In this document: positions 1-10,240 of the stretch, one piece after another | Position numbering within the stretch: position 1 is the stretch's first letter | How the letters are laid out: the number at the start of each line of letters is the position of its first letter | IMG/VR virus record: IMGVR_UViG_3300032257_000033 | Location: 1-42,889 of that record | Strand: one strand, 5' to 3' | From: a virus | Taxonomy: Duplodnaviria; Caudoviricetes | DNA: 42,889 bases | The notes under the pieces: generated by a model | The model's input: only the letters and a program-made list of their open reading frames with translations | Told to the model about the DNA's origin: nothing | Databases searched by the model: none | Translations under genes and position numbers: made by a program

Positions 1-127
1 AGATTGCTACCAATACCATAGCTGCTACCCAGATTGCTGCTAATACTATAACATCAGATGAGATGTCTACTAATGTATTATTAGTTGGTGGTAAGATAGA
101 GTCTAGTACATATAGTTGGAATGGTGG
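1..127. repeat. Terminal overlap, identical to 42763-42889 (circular assembly)
   Basis: Exact 127-bp match between the two ends, inside a continuous ORF; 127 is a common assembler k-mer. Confidence 0.97.
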
Positions 128-782
128 AGCTCCCATAGGTTTTGGTTTATACTCTGCTGGAGATACTGTAAGTGGTGAAGCTTATAATATTATAGGCGGT
201 AAGATCTATGGCGCTCAACTTGATGGTATCGAACTTAATATCCAAGACATTAACCTTAAAGATGCTGCTGGTACAACAATAGCTTCACACTTCTCTGGTA
301 GAGGTAGGGTATCATTAGATTCTTCTACCTTACCTAAAGTCATGAGTATATTCTTTGACTTCTATGCTGGTGATGATAATAGAGTAAGTGCTTTTAAAAC
401 ACTTCAGACTGGTTCTTATTTATCGATAGGTTCTGAGGCTAATAGTGCAGCCTTTGGAGTTGTTCAAAGAGATGGTATGGAGTTCTTATTTACTTCAGAT
501 GATAGTACTATTACTTGTGGATTCTATGCTGGAGTAGATTTAATAGGTTCTACTTCTACTATTAGTGCTGACCCAGACTCACATCTAGGCGTAGGTTTTT
601 CACGATTTGCTGATGGTATTGGCGGTGATACATATAGTTATTATATACACACTAAAAGTGTTATGACAGCTTATGAGCTTAATGGTAATGGCTATCTAGA
701 GATGAGGTTAACATCAGGGACTACTATGGGAACATTTTTAACTAGTGGTTTTAAGCTAGATTATTCAATTTCAAATATGTAA
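1..782 (+). CDS. C-terminal part of the origin-spanning tail/host-specificity protein that starts at 40902
   Basis: The listed ORF 63..782 is in frame with the open frame from 40902 once the 127-bp overlap is joined; Gly/Ser/aromatic-rich beta-type sequence. Confidence 0.85.
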   Translation, partial: IATNTIAATQIAANTITSDEMSTNVLLVGGKIESSTYSWNGGAPIGFGLYSAGDTVSGEAYNIIGGKIYGAQLDGIELNIQDINLKDAAGTTIASHFSGRGRVSLDSSTLPKVMSIFFDFYAGDDNRVSAFKTLQTGSYLSIGSEANSAAFGVVQRDGMEFLFTSDDSTITCGFYAGVDLIGSTSTISADPDSHLGVGFSRFADGIGGDTYSYYIHTKSVMTAYELNGNGYLEMRLTSGTTMGTFLTSGFKLDYSISNM

Positions 783-787
783 CTGAA

Positions 788-820
788 TTAATATTAGTTT
801 AATGTAAAATTGGATATAAT
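788..820 (+). promoter_or_regulatory. Sigma70-type promoter
   Basis: TTAAT-N6-TTAAT-N9-GATATAAT upstream of ORF 839. Confidence 0.75.
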
Positions 821-838
821 AAATAATTAAGGCTTGCA

Positions 839-1231
839 ATGATTAAGTTAGTAGATGATAAAGACTTCTCGGAACTATTAGAACTTTACTTCAGAATGTT
901 TAAATCTATTGATGACTCAGTAAGGAAGTCACAAGTATTCATGCACTTAGCTAGTAGCATGAATAACGCAGGGTTTATGGCACATGGCTATTATCATGAA
1001 GGTAAGATGGTTGGTTTTACTTCAGGTTATATAGATGGTCAGGTATTTAGGTTTACTGGAATATATAGTGAGAGAAAGACTGCAGTCATTTCACTTATAA
1101 ACCACTCAGAAAATGCAGTAAGAGAATTAGGACTCACTAAATGGGTTACAGTTGTTAATGGCAACGGTCACTCTATAGTCCCTAAGATAGGTGCTGAAAT
1201 AGATTATATACAATATAAAAAGGACTTATAA
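839..1231 (+). CDS. GNAT-fold acetyltransferase-like protein
   Basis: 130 aa with GNAT-like pattern (EGKMVGF, FTGIYS, LINHSENAVRELG); placed before ejection genes as in many podoviruses. Confidence 0.55.
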   Translation: MIKLVDDKDFSELLELYFRMFKSIDDSVRKSQVFMHLASSMNNAGFMAHGYYHEGKMVGFTSGYIDGQVFRFTGIYSERKTAVISLINHSENAVRELGLTKWVTVVNGNGHSIVPKIGAEIDYIQYKKDL

Positions 1232-1851
1232 TGGGTAGTGTTGTAAGTAAAGTTACAGATGCTGTTGGGTTAACAGATAACGCCGGCGCTGAAGACGCAA
1301 GAGCACAATCTGCTCAATCTGCTGCTTTTTCTCAAGCTATGACGAAAGAACAACTTGAGTTCCAAAAAGAACAGTATGAAGATTGGAAAGATATTTATGG
1401 AGACTTACAAGAAAACCTTGGTGAGTACTATAATAACTTGGACCCAGAAGACTATGAGGCTAGAGGTTTACAAGCTGTACAGAAAGACTTCCAGATGGCT
1501 AAAGACCGAGCTGAGACTTCTTTAGCGCAGCGCGGCCTTAGTTCGTCAGGTATTCAAGCAGCTACAGATGTAGCCATGGAAAGCCAAGCAGCTATGGGAA
1601 GAGCTAATGTACGTATGAATGCACCAGACCAAGTCGCTAATATGAAACAAGGTTTCTTAGGTTTAGGTCTTGGACAAGGTACACAAATGCTTGGTATTCA
1701 AGCTGGTGTGGCTAATACTGGTGCACAAACTGGTGCAAGCATGGCTAGTAACTTTGGTTCTCAAGGTACACAACTAAGTATGGCAAATATGGACGTTATG
1801 GGAAGTTTAGCTGGTATGGGTGCAAAAGCTGCATTCCCTACTATATTTTAA
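1231..1851 (+). CDS. DNA ejection/pilot protein (internal virion protein)
   Basis: Gly/Ala/Gln/Met-rich helical protein with LAQRGLSSSG motif and Gly-rich termini. Confidence 0.65.
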   Translation: MGSVVSKVTDAVGLTDNAGAEDARAQSAQSAAFSQAMTKEQLEFQKEQYEDWKDIYGDLQENLGEYYNNLDPEDYEARGLQAVQKDFQMAKDRAETSLAQRGLSSSGIQAATDVAMESQAAMGRANVRMNAPDQVANMKQGFLGLGLGQGTQMLGIQAGVANTGAQTGASMASNFGSQGTQLSMANMDVMGSLAGMGAKAAFPTIF

Positions 1852-1860
1852 GGAGACATT

Positions 1861-3405
1861 ATGGGTGTAGTAGAAGGTTATAATGCTGTTGCCAGATCGC
1901 AAGAGAGCAGAGAGCAACTTAGACAATCAGCAGCTAAGCAAAATGCAGCATTAACTGCAGCTGGTTTTACACCAGAGGGTGTAGCAACAGAGCAGAAACA
2001 AAGTACTATAGATGATACTATTAATATGCAGGCACAAGAGCTTAAGCGTATGAAGCATAAGATGTGGGCGTCTGATACAGCTTCTGCCTTAGATGCCTCT
2101 ATTAGCACAGGTGACTGGAGTCATTCCAATAACCTATTAGCTGATAATCCAGACCTAGGTAAAATGTGGCAGAATCAAGGTGTATATGGTATTAGTAATA
2201 TTAACTTTGATACAGACCAGAAGATGCTAGCTCAAGCAGGATTAAACACCGAGAATTTTGATACAGATGAAAAGCGCCAAGCTTTACATAAATCTTTATT
2301 TAAAGTAGTTGATGATAAAGGCAACTTTAGTTTACGTTCTGCTAAAGACGCTTTAATTGAAACAAGAGCTAATAAATCTATGGCTGCTAATAGACTACAG
2401 ACAGTTCAAGGTATTCTTAAATCATCTAGAACTGCTTTACAACCTAGCCAAGAAGATAACCTCTCTAAGTTTACTACTAGTTATAAAAATTTATTTCCTG
2501 AAGCTACTGAAGATGAGGTATATGAAGCATTCGGTAGAAGCTTACCAAAAGGTAAGGATGGTGGATTAAATCAATTCCAAGTAGACTTAGCACAATATCA
2601 GGCTGCTATTAAAGGTGGATTTACAGGGTCTATGAAGAACTGGCAAGAAATGCAAAAACCGGGGACAGCTGCCAAAGCTGAAGATAGAACACAGCTTAAG
2701 ATGGCTGAGCAGGGTGAGCTACAGTTTAATGATAGTATAGGTAATGCAACAATTGAACAATTAGATGAGCCAGGCGTCTTTAAAAGAGCTAAGGTACTAC
2801 AAGGTGATAAGAAGCTGGGTGAAGTACAAGCTAAGGATTTAAACGGTAAGCTTGGTAATCTTAAAGGTTTCTCTAATGTAGTTGATAAACTAAATAAGGT
2901 AGATATGGACCGTAATGCTATGGAGAAAGTTAGAGAGACTGTTGGTAAGCTAACAGGTACTGACTTTGCTGCCATGAGCGAGCAAGGTAAAAAAGAACTA
3001 CTAAACCAGTTCCAATTCAATTCACAACTTAAAGCAGCTGTAGCTGATTATGTTAAGTTTATGTCTGGGGCAGCTGTAACAGAGTCTGAAAGAACAATGT
3101 ATAATGATATAGTTTCTGGTGGTAATTGGGGAACAAAAGAAGCAATGATTTCTAGTCTATCAGGTTTTATGGACCACTTAGATACATCATATAATAATAA
3201 CCTATCAGGTATTAGAGATACACACCAAGCAGATTATATCAGACAAAAGAGAGAGTATCTAAGAGTCAAAGATATGATGGGTAAAATAGGTATTAGAGAA
3301 CTTACTGATACTGATGGTAAGCAAGTACAACCTGAGAAAATGGCTACTAGTGCACCAACACAACCTAAGACTGATCTTGGACAATATAACTTCGGAGGCA
3401 ACTAA
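1861..3405 (+). CDS. Putative internal virion/ejection protein
   Basis: 514 aa helical, Cys-free; AGGAG RBS; SGAAVT..E motif; follows the pilot gene. Confidence 0.55.
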   Translation: MGVVEGYNAVARSQESREQLRQSAAKQNAALTAAGFTPEGVATEQKQSTIDDTINMQAQELKRMKHKMWASDTASALDASISTGDWSHSNNLLADNPDLGKMWQNQGVYGISNINFDTDQKMLAQAGLNTENFDTDEKRQALHKSLFKVVDDKGNFSLRSAKDALIETRANKSMAANRLQTVQGILKSSRTALQPSQEDNLSKFTTSYKNLFPEATEDEVYEAFGRSLPKGKDGGLNQFQVDLAQYQAAIKGGFTGSMKNWQEMQKPGTAAKAEDRTQLKMAEQGELQFNDSIGNATIEQLDEPGVFKRAKVLQGDKKLGEVQAKDLNGKLGNLKGFSNVVDKLNKVDMDRNAMEKVRETVGKLTGTDFAAMSEQGKKELLNQFQFNSQLKAAVADYVKFMSGAAVTESERTMYNDIVSGGNWGTKEAMISSLSGFMDHLDTSYNNNLSGIRDTHQADYIRQKREYLRVKDMMGKIGIRELTDTDGKQVQPEKMATSAPTQPKTDLGQYNFGGN

Positions 3406-5240
3406 TGAAGACGGATATAGAAAGTCTAAAGAATAGCTTCCAGATTGGCTATGATATTTTTGAAGAGAGTAGAGATGAAGCAGCTGAAGTATGGAACCTT
3501 TTCCATAATAGACAGTATACTACAGATCAAATAAATACACTAGCTAATCGTGGGCAGCCAGTAGAGACTTTTAATATTGTTAAGCTTTTTGCTAGAATGC
3601 TATTAGGTTACTACTCAACAGTAGTTAATACTGTTAATGTTACACCAGTTCAAATGAATGATGTAGATACTGCTTCTATTCTTAGTGACTTAACTGAATA
3701 TACTTTTAGAGATAATAACTTTGAATCTGAAGGTGATAAGATTAAACTTGATGGTTTGATCACAGGATTAATGGTATCTTATGTTGATGTATTAGATACT
3801 CCAGTTACAGATGAATTTGGTAGACCTGTAAGAAAAGTAGACTTATCTTATGTACCAGCTTCAGAGGTTGTACTAGACCCTATGAGCCGTAAAGAAGACT
3901 ACTCAGATGCTAGATTTATACATAGATTTAAGTGGCTAAGCGAAGATCAAGTTAAAGATGCTTTTGGTGACTCAGCCGAAGATAAACTAACTCCATACTT
4001 TAATCATTTAAATGTGGATGAAGCTGAGTTTGAATATAACTATGGGCAACAGTTTTCCGGGTCGTATAAAATGCTTGATAATTATCTTATAGTTCATACT
4101 ATAGTTACAGATGATGCTGGTAAAGTTTGGAATATTTTCTGGTGTGATGGTGTAGAGCTATCAAGAAAAGAAGTTACTTTCAGAGAAGTTAAATATAACT
4201 ATAGAGTTCATAAGCTACATACAAGTGATAAATCAGAGTACTATGGTATCTTTAGAGAAGTTATAGAAACTCAGAAAGCTATTAATCAAGCTGTTATTAA
4301 AATTCAGTTAATGGTTAATACACAAAAAGCGTTTGTTGAGACAGAAGCTATAGATAACTTAGATGACTTTAAAGACCAGTTTAATAGAGTTAATGCTATT
4401 ATAGAGGTTAAAGACTTACAAGGTATTAAGATAGAAAGTCTATCAAGAGAGGTGCTAGACCAATATACTATTATAGATAAAGCATTTGACCGTGTCCAAA
4501 GACTACTAGGTATTAATGATAGCTTCCTTGGTATGGCTTTTGCTAGTGACAGTGGTCGTAAAGTTAAGCTACAGCAAAATGCTACTATTATGTCACTTAG
4601 ATATATTACTAGTCGTATTGAGCAATTCTATAGATTACTTGGATGGGATATAGTTAACCTTATTAAGCAATACTATACTGCAAGCCAAACTGTTAGAATT
4701 GTAGATGATGTTGTTGGAGCTCGCTGGATTGAGGTTAATAAGCCTATGATACAATGGACAGGGCAAGTTGGTCCAGACGGTAAACCAGTAATGGAACCTG
4801 TAATGGAAACTGTTCTAGACCCAGAGAATCAAGAGCCGATGAAGGATGAATGGGGTAATATATTAGTTGCACCAGTACCTACAGCAGAAACAGATATAGC
4901 TTTTTCTAATATAGACATTGCAATTGAGGCTTCGTCTTATAATGATGAAGATGAAAAGAACCAGCTAATGATGGAAACAGTATTGGCTGGGCCTATGGGT
5001 CAAATGCTATCTCAAGTTAATCCAGCTGGTTACTTTAAAGCCTATAGTATGTCTGTAAAGAGTATGAAAACTAAGTATAGCCCAGAGATTAGTGCTATCA
5101 TTGAACAGACAGCTAGTATGCTTGGTGGTACGCCTGAAGAACAAATGATGAAAGAAGGCCAAGCAGCTGGACAATCTGGTGGTGGTCAACCAATGAGCCA
5201 AGATTTAAAATTACCGCAGAATACTAACGAAGGACAATAA
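3405..5240 (+). CDS. Portal protein (P22-like)
   Basis: 611 aa; LANRGQP..TFNIV, DPMSRKEDYSDARFI..KW, QKAIN, DSGRKVKLQQN pattern; Gln/Gly-rich tail. Confidence 0.9.
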   Translation: MKTDIESLKNSFQIGYDIFEESRDEAAEVWNLFHNRQYTTDQINTLANRGQPVETFNIVKLFARMLLGYYSTVVNTVNVTPVQMNDVDTASILSDLTEYTFRDNNFESEGDKIKLDGLITGLMVSYVDVLDTPVTDEFGRPVRKVDLSYVPASEVVLDPMSRKEDYSDARFIHRFKWLSEDQVKDAFGDSAEDKLTPYFNHLNVDEAEFEYNYGQQFSGSYKMLDNYLIVHTIVTDDAGKVWNIFWCDGVELSRKEVTFREVKYNYRVHKLHTSDKSEYYGIFREVIETQKAINQAVIKIQLMVNTQKAFVETEAIDNLDDFKDQFNRVNAIIEVKDLQGIKIESLSREVLDQYTIIDKAFDRVQRLLGINDSFLGMAFASDSGRKVKLQQNATIMSLRYITSRIEQFYRLLGWDIVNLIKQYYTASQTVRIVDDVVGARWIEVNKPMIQWTGQVGPDGKPVMEPVMETVLDPENQEPMKDEWGNILVAPVPTAETDIAFSNIDIAIEASSYNDEDEKNQLMMETVLAGPMGQMLSQVNPAGYFKAYSMSVKSMKTKYSPEISAIIEQTASMLGGTPEEQMMKEGQAAGQSGGGQPMSQDLKLPQNTNEGQ

Positions 5241-5242
5241 AA

Positions 5243-7738
5243 ATGGCTATTAACTTTGAGCAAGTAGACCAGGCTGTTAGAGATGGTCATTCATTAGATA
5301 GTATTGTTGAAAGCATGAAAGGTAGTGGAATAGATACTACTGGAATGCCAACAGGTAATTATGAAGAGATGACAAGAGCTATTAGAGATGGTCATTCAAT
5401 GAGTGATATAGCTTCACATATACAACAGACGCCTAATGTGCCTAATGTGCCTACGTCTATGGCAGAAGCATTACAAACAGGCAATTTAGATATACCTGAT
5501 AGCCCTTCTACTGCTACTATACCAGGAGACTTAAATGCACCTACAGAATTACCTGGAGATACTGTTAGTACTGTTACTACTGGTGACCCTACTCGTATGG
5601 ACAAAGCTATTTCAGATGTTGTAGTTCCAGGATTAGAACAAACAGCAGAAATTACACAAACTGGTGTTGCTGCTTCGGCTGCCGGTGCTATACAAACAGG
5701 CTATGATATAGTTAATATGATACCTGGTATTAATGCAGATGACTCCAATAACCAAGAAGTAATTAAATTACTTAATGATGAGATTGCGGCATATGAAAAG
5801 AAATATGGTGAAGGCTTTAACTCTGCAGATATGGGTAGATTACTTCCTGTATTAGCAACAGCTCCTATTGCTTACTCAAGTAAATTAGTAGCTTTCGCTA
5901 TTGAAGGTATGATAGGTTATGCTGATACTCGTGGTACTGGTAGTAGCAAAGGGCAAGCACTAGTTAATGGTTTATTAGCTGGAGGTCTTACTGCTGGTGT
6001 TATGAAAGGTATTGATATGTTATCAACACCTGCTGCTAAAGTTGCATATGATGAAATTATTGCTAGGTTTAATTATACTACTAAAGAAGCTGATAAGATA
6101 TATAATAACTGGACTAAAGTTATGGGAGCTAGTGATAATGTTGAAGCTGATAGAGTTAAAGCATTATTAGACCATGCTGATAAGAATAGATTTGGCTTAG
6201 GTGAACGATTTAAAGCTAAGGCAGCTAGTGAAGATATAGATGTGGCAGTAGCAGTAGAGAAAGAGATCATTGAACGTAAGCAAAGTATTAAAGAATTGGC
6301 TAGTACTAAGTATGGCACATTTGAAGAGGCTGCAGCTGATATTAATAAGGTTAATAATCAGATTAAAGATGATTATCAATATATTAAAGAGACTATTGCA
6401 CCAACAGAAATTAAAGGTACATTTGATACTAAAGGATTACCAGAAGGCGAAGCTTTTGAAAATCTTCCTGACTATATGAGATCTGATATAGTAGAACTTA
6501 AAAGTCTAAGTACTAATCCTAACCCAACGGTTAATGACTTGCTAGATGCTTCTAAAGCTGTTAATAGTTTATTATCTCGCCCTTCTATGAAAGGTACAAG
6601 TAAAGGCTATAACTTAGGTCAAGTTAAAGGTCAGATTAATGCATCACTTAAAAAGCATTTACCACCAGAAGATTTTAAAAAGTGGATGACTGTTAATAGT
6701 GATTATAGACGTATGAAGCAAGTACAGAATTCTAAGCTTGGTCAAGCAATGGAACAAATTATTGGTACTAATGCTAAAGCTGATAGTAAGACTATTACTC
6801 AGTTCTTACATGACTTACCTGCTATGACAGAGAGTAAAGAAACATTTAAAGCTATTGAACATTTAATAGGTACTGATAAAGCTGGTAAACTAGAGAGTAA
6901 GATAGTTGATACTTTACTTGATAGCCCAAATCCTTATAACTGGGAAAGATTACATAATGCTGTAGGTAAGAAAGGTTTTACAACTAAGTCAGGGCAAGCA
7001 TTACAAGACCTATCTAAGAATCTTAGCGAGAGTTTTAAAAATGATGCAGCATATAAAGCAGCATTACAAGATATTGAAATACACCAAGGTGCTAAGACAA
7101 CAGTTGAATCTATGCTAGATGCTGTTATGATTAGAGAGCTATCTAGGATGGTAGTTCGTAAATTACCAACACAAGCTGGAGCACTTGCTAGGCAAGAACA
7201 GAGACTTAGTAAAATATTAAGTAATCCTAATAATGTTAAGAAAGTACAGAATGCCATAGATAACTTAGGCGTTGGTGTACGACAACAGATGATTAGAGAA
7301 GCAGTTAAACAAATTGAGTACAAGCCAGGAGCTGTACAAACTGGTGATGTAGATTTACAACCTAGGTATGTTACAGAAGCTGGTACTGTAGGAGATACAC
7401 CAACAGCTACTAAGTTATATGAAGCACAAAATAAACTTCTAAATGACTTCTTAGAAACTTCACTTAATCCTAGGAATGCTAACCCTGAAGATGTTATTAC
7501 TAAAGTCCATGATATAGCTAGTGATGCTAAGATGACAGGCATTGCTAAGAACGTTGCAGCCAAAATGAAAGTTGATGATGCTGTAGCTAATACTAAGAGA
7601 CTTAGAAATGTTATTACTAAAGAAGCACATCAGTTAATCCGTAGATTGGAGAAAGACATGGGTATTAAATTACCTGGTGCAGAAGCTGAGAAAATTATTA
7701 AGATGAAGTTCGATAAATTAGCGTCGGAGTGTAACTAA
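5243..7738 (+). CDS. Large internal virion/ejection protein
   Basis: 831 aa; duplicated N-terminal A(V/I)RDGHS motif, Gly/Ala hydrophobic segments, long helical body; ends in SECN. Confidence 0.6.
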   Translation: MAINFEQVDQAVRDGHSLDSIVESMKGSGIDTTGMPTGNYEEMTRAIRDGHSMSDIASHIQQTPNVPNVPTSMAEALQTGNLDIPDSPSTATIPGDLNAPTELPGDTVSTVTTGDPTRMDKAISDVVVPGLEQTAEITQTGVAASAAGAIQTGYDIVNMIPGINADDSNNQEVIKLLNDEIAAYEKKYGEGFNSADMGRLLPVLATAPIAYSSKLVAFAIEGMIGYADTRGTGSSKGQALVNGLLAGGLTAGVMKGIDMLSTPAAKVAYDEIIARFNYTTKEADKIYNNWTKVMGASDNVEADRVKALLDHADKNRFGLGERFKAKAASEDIDVAVAVEKEIIERKQSIKELASTKYGTFEEAAADINKVNNQIKDDYQYIKETIAPTEIKGTFDTKGLPEGEAFENLPDYMRSDIVELKSLSTNPNPTVNDLLDASKAVNSLLSRPSMKGTSKGYNLGQVKGQINASLKKHLPPEDFKKWMTVNSDYRRMKQVQNSKLGQAMEQIIGTNAKADSKTITQFLHDLPAMTESKETFKAIEHLIGTDKAGKLESKIVDTLLDSPNPYNWERLHNAVGKKGFTTKSGQALQDLSKNLSESFKNDAAYKAALQDIEIHQGAKTTVESMLDAVMIRELSRMVVRKLPTQAGALARQEQRLSKILSNPNNVKKVQNAIDNLGVGVRQQMIREAVKQIEYKPGAVQTGDVDLQPRYVTEAGTVGDTPTATKLYEAQNKLLNDFLETSLNPRNANPEDVITKVHDIASDAKMTGIAKNVAAKMKVDDAVANTKRLRNVITKEAHQLIRRLEKDMGIKLPGAEAEKIIKMKFDKLASECN

Positions 7739-7911
7739 TGGATTGTAATAAATTATTTAAACAAGCTTTAGCAAAGATAAATGTCGGTGAGCCTAAGGTT
7801 AGAAAACCTAGGGTTATTACTAGAGAGAAAGTTGGCAAAGCCGCAAAACTAGTTAAAAACCCTACTGCTAAAGGGTCTAGCGCTATTATAAATAATGAAG
7901 ATGATTTATGA
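7738..7911 (+). CDS. Small basic protein, 57 aa (MDCNKLFKQAL...NNEDDL), absent from the ORF track
   Basis: TAATG coupling to the upstream gene and ATGA coupling to the downstream gene; N-terminus matches that of ORF 7908. Confidence 0.8.
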   Translation: MDCNKLFKQALAKINVGEPKVRKPRVITREKVGKAAKLVKNPTAKGSSAIINNEDDL

Positions 7912-9500
7912 GTGAATGTAATAAGCTCTTTAAAGAGGCCTTAGGTGGTATAGACTTTACGTATAAATTAGATACTGTACTAAGTAGCTTAAACCCTAAG
8001 CAAAAGTTTAGTAAAGACCAGCTTGAAGGTTACCTTAAGAAACAAGGTGTTTCGCCTAAGGAGATTAAACAATCTGGTATCTTTGAACAAGCTCATACCA
8101 GGCCTATAACCGCTGAGGAATGGATTAAAACAAACCCAGGTAAACATAGATTAACTGAAGAGGTTAGTGATGCGCAAGAGTATGCTGATATTACGCTTAA
8201 TCCACAAGAAGCAGTAGCATCTGGCACTTATCGTGAGCAGCTTACATTAGTTAATAAACCTGATACTAAAGCTCCTCAAATGTCACATTTTGCTCATGAT
8301 GTTCAAGGATATAATGAACAAGCTATAATGAATGAAACTGATCAGCTACTTAAGAGACAGGACGAGATTGATAAAGAGCTAGCTAAATTACCGGACCTTG
8401 GTATTAATCCTGAAAACGGCACACCTTTACAAAGTCCTAAAGAAGTTGAGTTATATAATGAATTAAATGAAATTGAAAAGAAACTTAGTTATGCTGTTTC
8501 TCCTACTCAAGAAAAGACTCTATTAGGGTGGAGACGCTTACATGATGAGTCTATTAATGGAAAACCAACTACAGTATTAAATGAATTACAGTCTGACTGG
8601 GCGCAATCAGAGAGATCTGGTAGAGGTTTATTTAAAAGTACAAGTGATACACTACCTACTGTAAAAGAACTAGAGGTAGATAGAAAAAGACTAATAGCTG
8701 TAGACCAAAGAGCTAATGAGATACTCAAGCAGTTAAATGGTAAAAAAGAAAATATTACACCTAAGTTAGAAGAAGAGTGGAATAACTTACGTAAAGAAAA
8801 AATAGAACTAATAGAAAAAGATCGTAGAGAATCTAAGTTACTCGAGAAAGCTGGTCGTGGTATAGTAGCAGATTTTCCAATGTCTGAAAAGAAGTTCCAT
8901 CAATATCAGATAGTTGCTGCTATAAATGAAGCAATAGAAACTGGTACTAATAGAGTAGCTATTCCAATTAATCGTGAAGGTGCATTGCATGGTACACCTG
9001 GTGTAACCAAGTTTTATGATAGTTTAGATAAGAAGGTACTACCAGAAATTCGTAAGAAGCTTGAGAAGCAAGGCATGAGAATTAAGACTAGTAGAGAAGA
9101 CTATGGCGGCTCTGATGAAATACCAAATGGTCATGCTTTAGATTGGCATTATCCAGAGCATTTAGATAGCTTGGCTGAGGAAATGCCAGACGATTTAGCT
9201 AATATTATTAGAGAGTCAATTTATATGACTGAGAATGCAGAACTACCAGTATTTAATGGAGACTCTCTAAGAGGTGTTGACTTTGGTAAGTTTCAGTCAG
9301 AGATAGATGAAGCAATAGAACAGTTTGATTGGTATAAAGCTAATGGTAAAGTTGCTGGTAGTATGGCACCAGAACCATTACATATTCTAGAAATTGAAGA
9401 GATACCTAATAAGAAAGTGCGATGGGATATTTATAGTGTCTTAGGTGCTATAGGTCTAGGTGAAGTAGCTGATAAGCTGAAAGAAGAGGATGCAATATGA
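7908..9500 (+). CDS. Internal virion protein with ELQSDW domain (polyvalent-protein-like)
   Basis: KQGVSPKEI, VLNELQSDWAQ, AINEAIETGTNRVAI, GVTKFYD motifs recalled from large injected phage proteins. Confidence 0.55.
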   Translation: MSECNKLFKEALGGIDFTYKLDTVLSSLNPKQKFSKDQLEGYLKKQGVSPKEIKQSGIFEQAHTRPITAEEWIKTNPGKHRLTEEVSDAQEYADITLNPQEAVASGTYREQLTLVNKPDTKAPQMSHFAHDVQGYNEQAIMNETDQLLKRQDEIDKELAKLPDLGINPENGTPLQSPKEVELYNELNEIEKKLSYAVSPTQEKTLLGWRRLHDESINGKPTTVLNELQSDWAQSERSGRGLFKSTSDTLPTVKELEVDRKRLIAVDQRANEILKQLNGKKENITPKLEEEWNNLRKEKIELIEKDRRESKLLEKAGRGIVADFPMSEKKFHQYQIVAAINEAIETGTNRVAIPINREGALHGTPGVTKFYDSLDKKVLPEIRKKLEKQGMRIKTSREDYGGSDEIPNGHALDWHYPEHLDSLAEEMPDDLANIIRESIYMTENAELPVFNGDSLRGVDFGKFQSEIDEAIEQFDWYKANGKVAGSMAPEPLHILEIEEIPNKKVRWDIYSVLGAIGLGEVADKLKEEDAI

Positions 9501-10240
9501 AACGTAGATTAATGGATATTGATGGGTTTGATACAGACGAATTTATGCTTGAGGTACAAATGGGCAGAATACCAGGTGTTAGTTATATCTGGAAGTTTGG
9601 TTACTCTGGTACTAATACTGCTAATGTGCCTAATACTATATATGACCATAATGCTGGGCTATATCCATATAACTTAGGGTATGGTGTAGATGCTAAAGCT
9701 GTGGACTTAGTTTCAACAATACCTCTTAGTGATGATGGTATATTGATAGCTATTCAAGGTTTGGATGCTGATGGTTATGAACAATCAGAAACTATGGTGA
9801 TTGGCGGAACGTCTTTAAATACTTATAGTAGAGTATTTAGAATGTTTAATGCTAATGGCACAGCTATATCAGGTGAAGTAGACCTTAATGTTACTGGTAC
9901 AGTAGATTTAGTGGCTCACTTAGATGTCAGTACACAAGCAACATTAATGGCTGTATATACAATCCCTAAAGGTTGTGTAGGCTATATGAATAAAGGTATT
10001 ACATCAGTAGGCTCTGGAAAAGAAGCAATAGTAGATTATATGGTAAGACCGCTTAATGGAATATTTTCTGTTGGTGAGAGGATTGCTATTTATCAGGCAG
10101 CTGTAGAGGCTACCAGACCTTACTTGCCTATACCAGAGTTAGCTGATATAGAAGTTAGATGTACACCAACCCAAAATAATACAGCTATATCAGCTAGTTT
10201 TGGATTGATGCTAGTAGACAAAGATTTGTTTGGCCTATAG
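9497..10240 (+). CDS. Conserved phage protein, probably virion-associated beta-rich protein
   Basis: KFGY, IQGLDADG.EQSE, RVFRM motifs; last gene of the late arm. Confidence 0.45.
   Translation: MKRRLMDIDGFDTDEFMLEVQMGRIPGVSYIWKFGYSGTNTANVPNTIYDHNAGLYPYNLGYGVDAKAVDLVSTIPLSDDGILIAIQGLDADGYEQSETMVIGGTSLNTYSRVFRMFNANGTAISGEVDLNVTGTVDLVAHLDVSTQATLMAVYTIPKGCVGYMNKGITSVGSGKEAIVDYMVRPLNGIFSVGERIAIYQAAVEATRPYLPIPELADIEVRCTPTQNNTAISASFGLMLVDKDLFGL

Noticed and set aside
7700-7945. Split intein suggested by terminal Cys/Asn residues
   Set aside because: No intein block motifs (no TxxH, no HN followed by C/S/T), and the residue arrangement does not fit.
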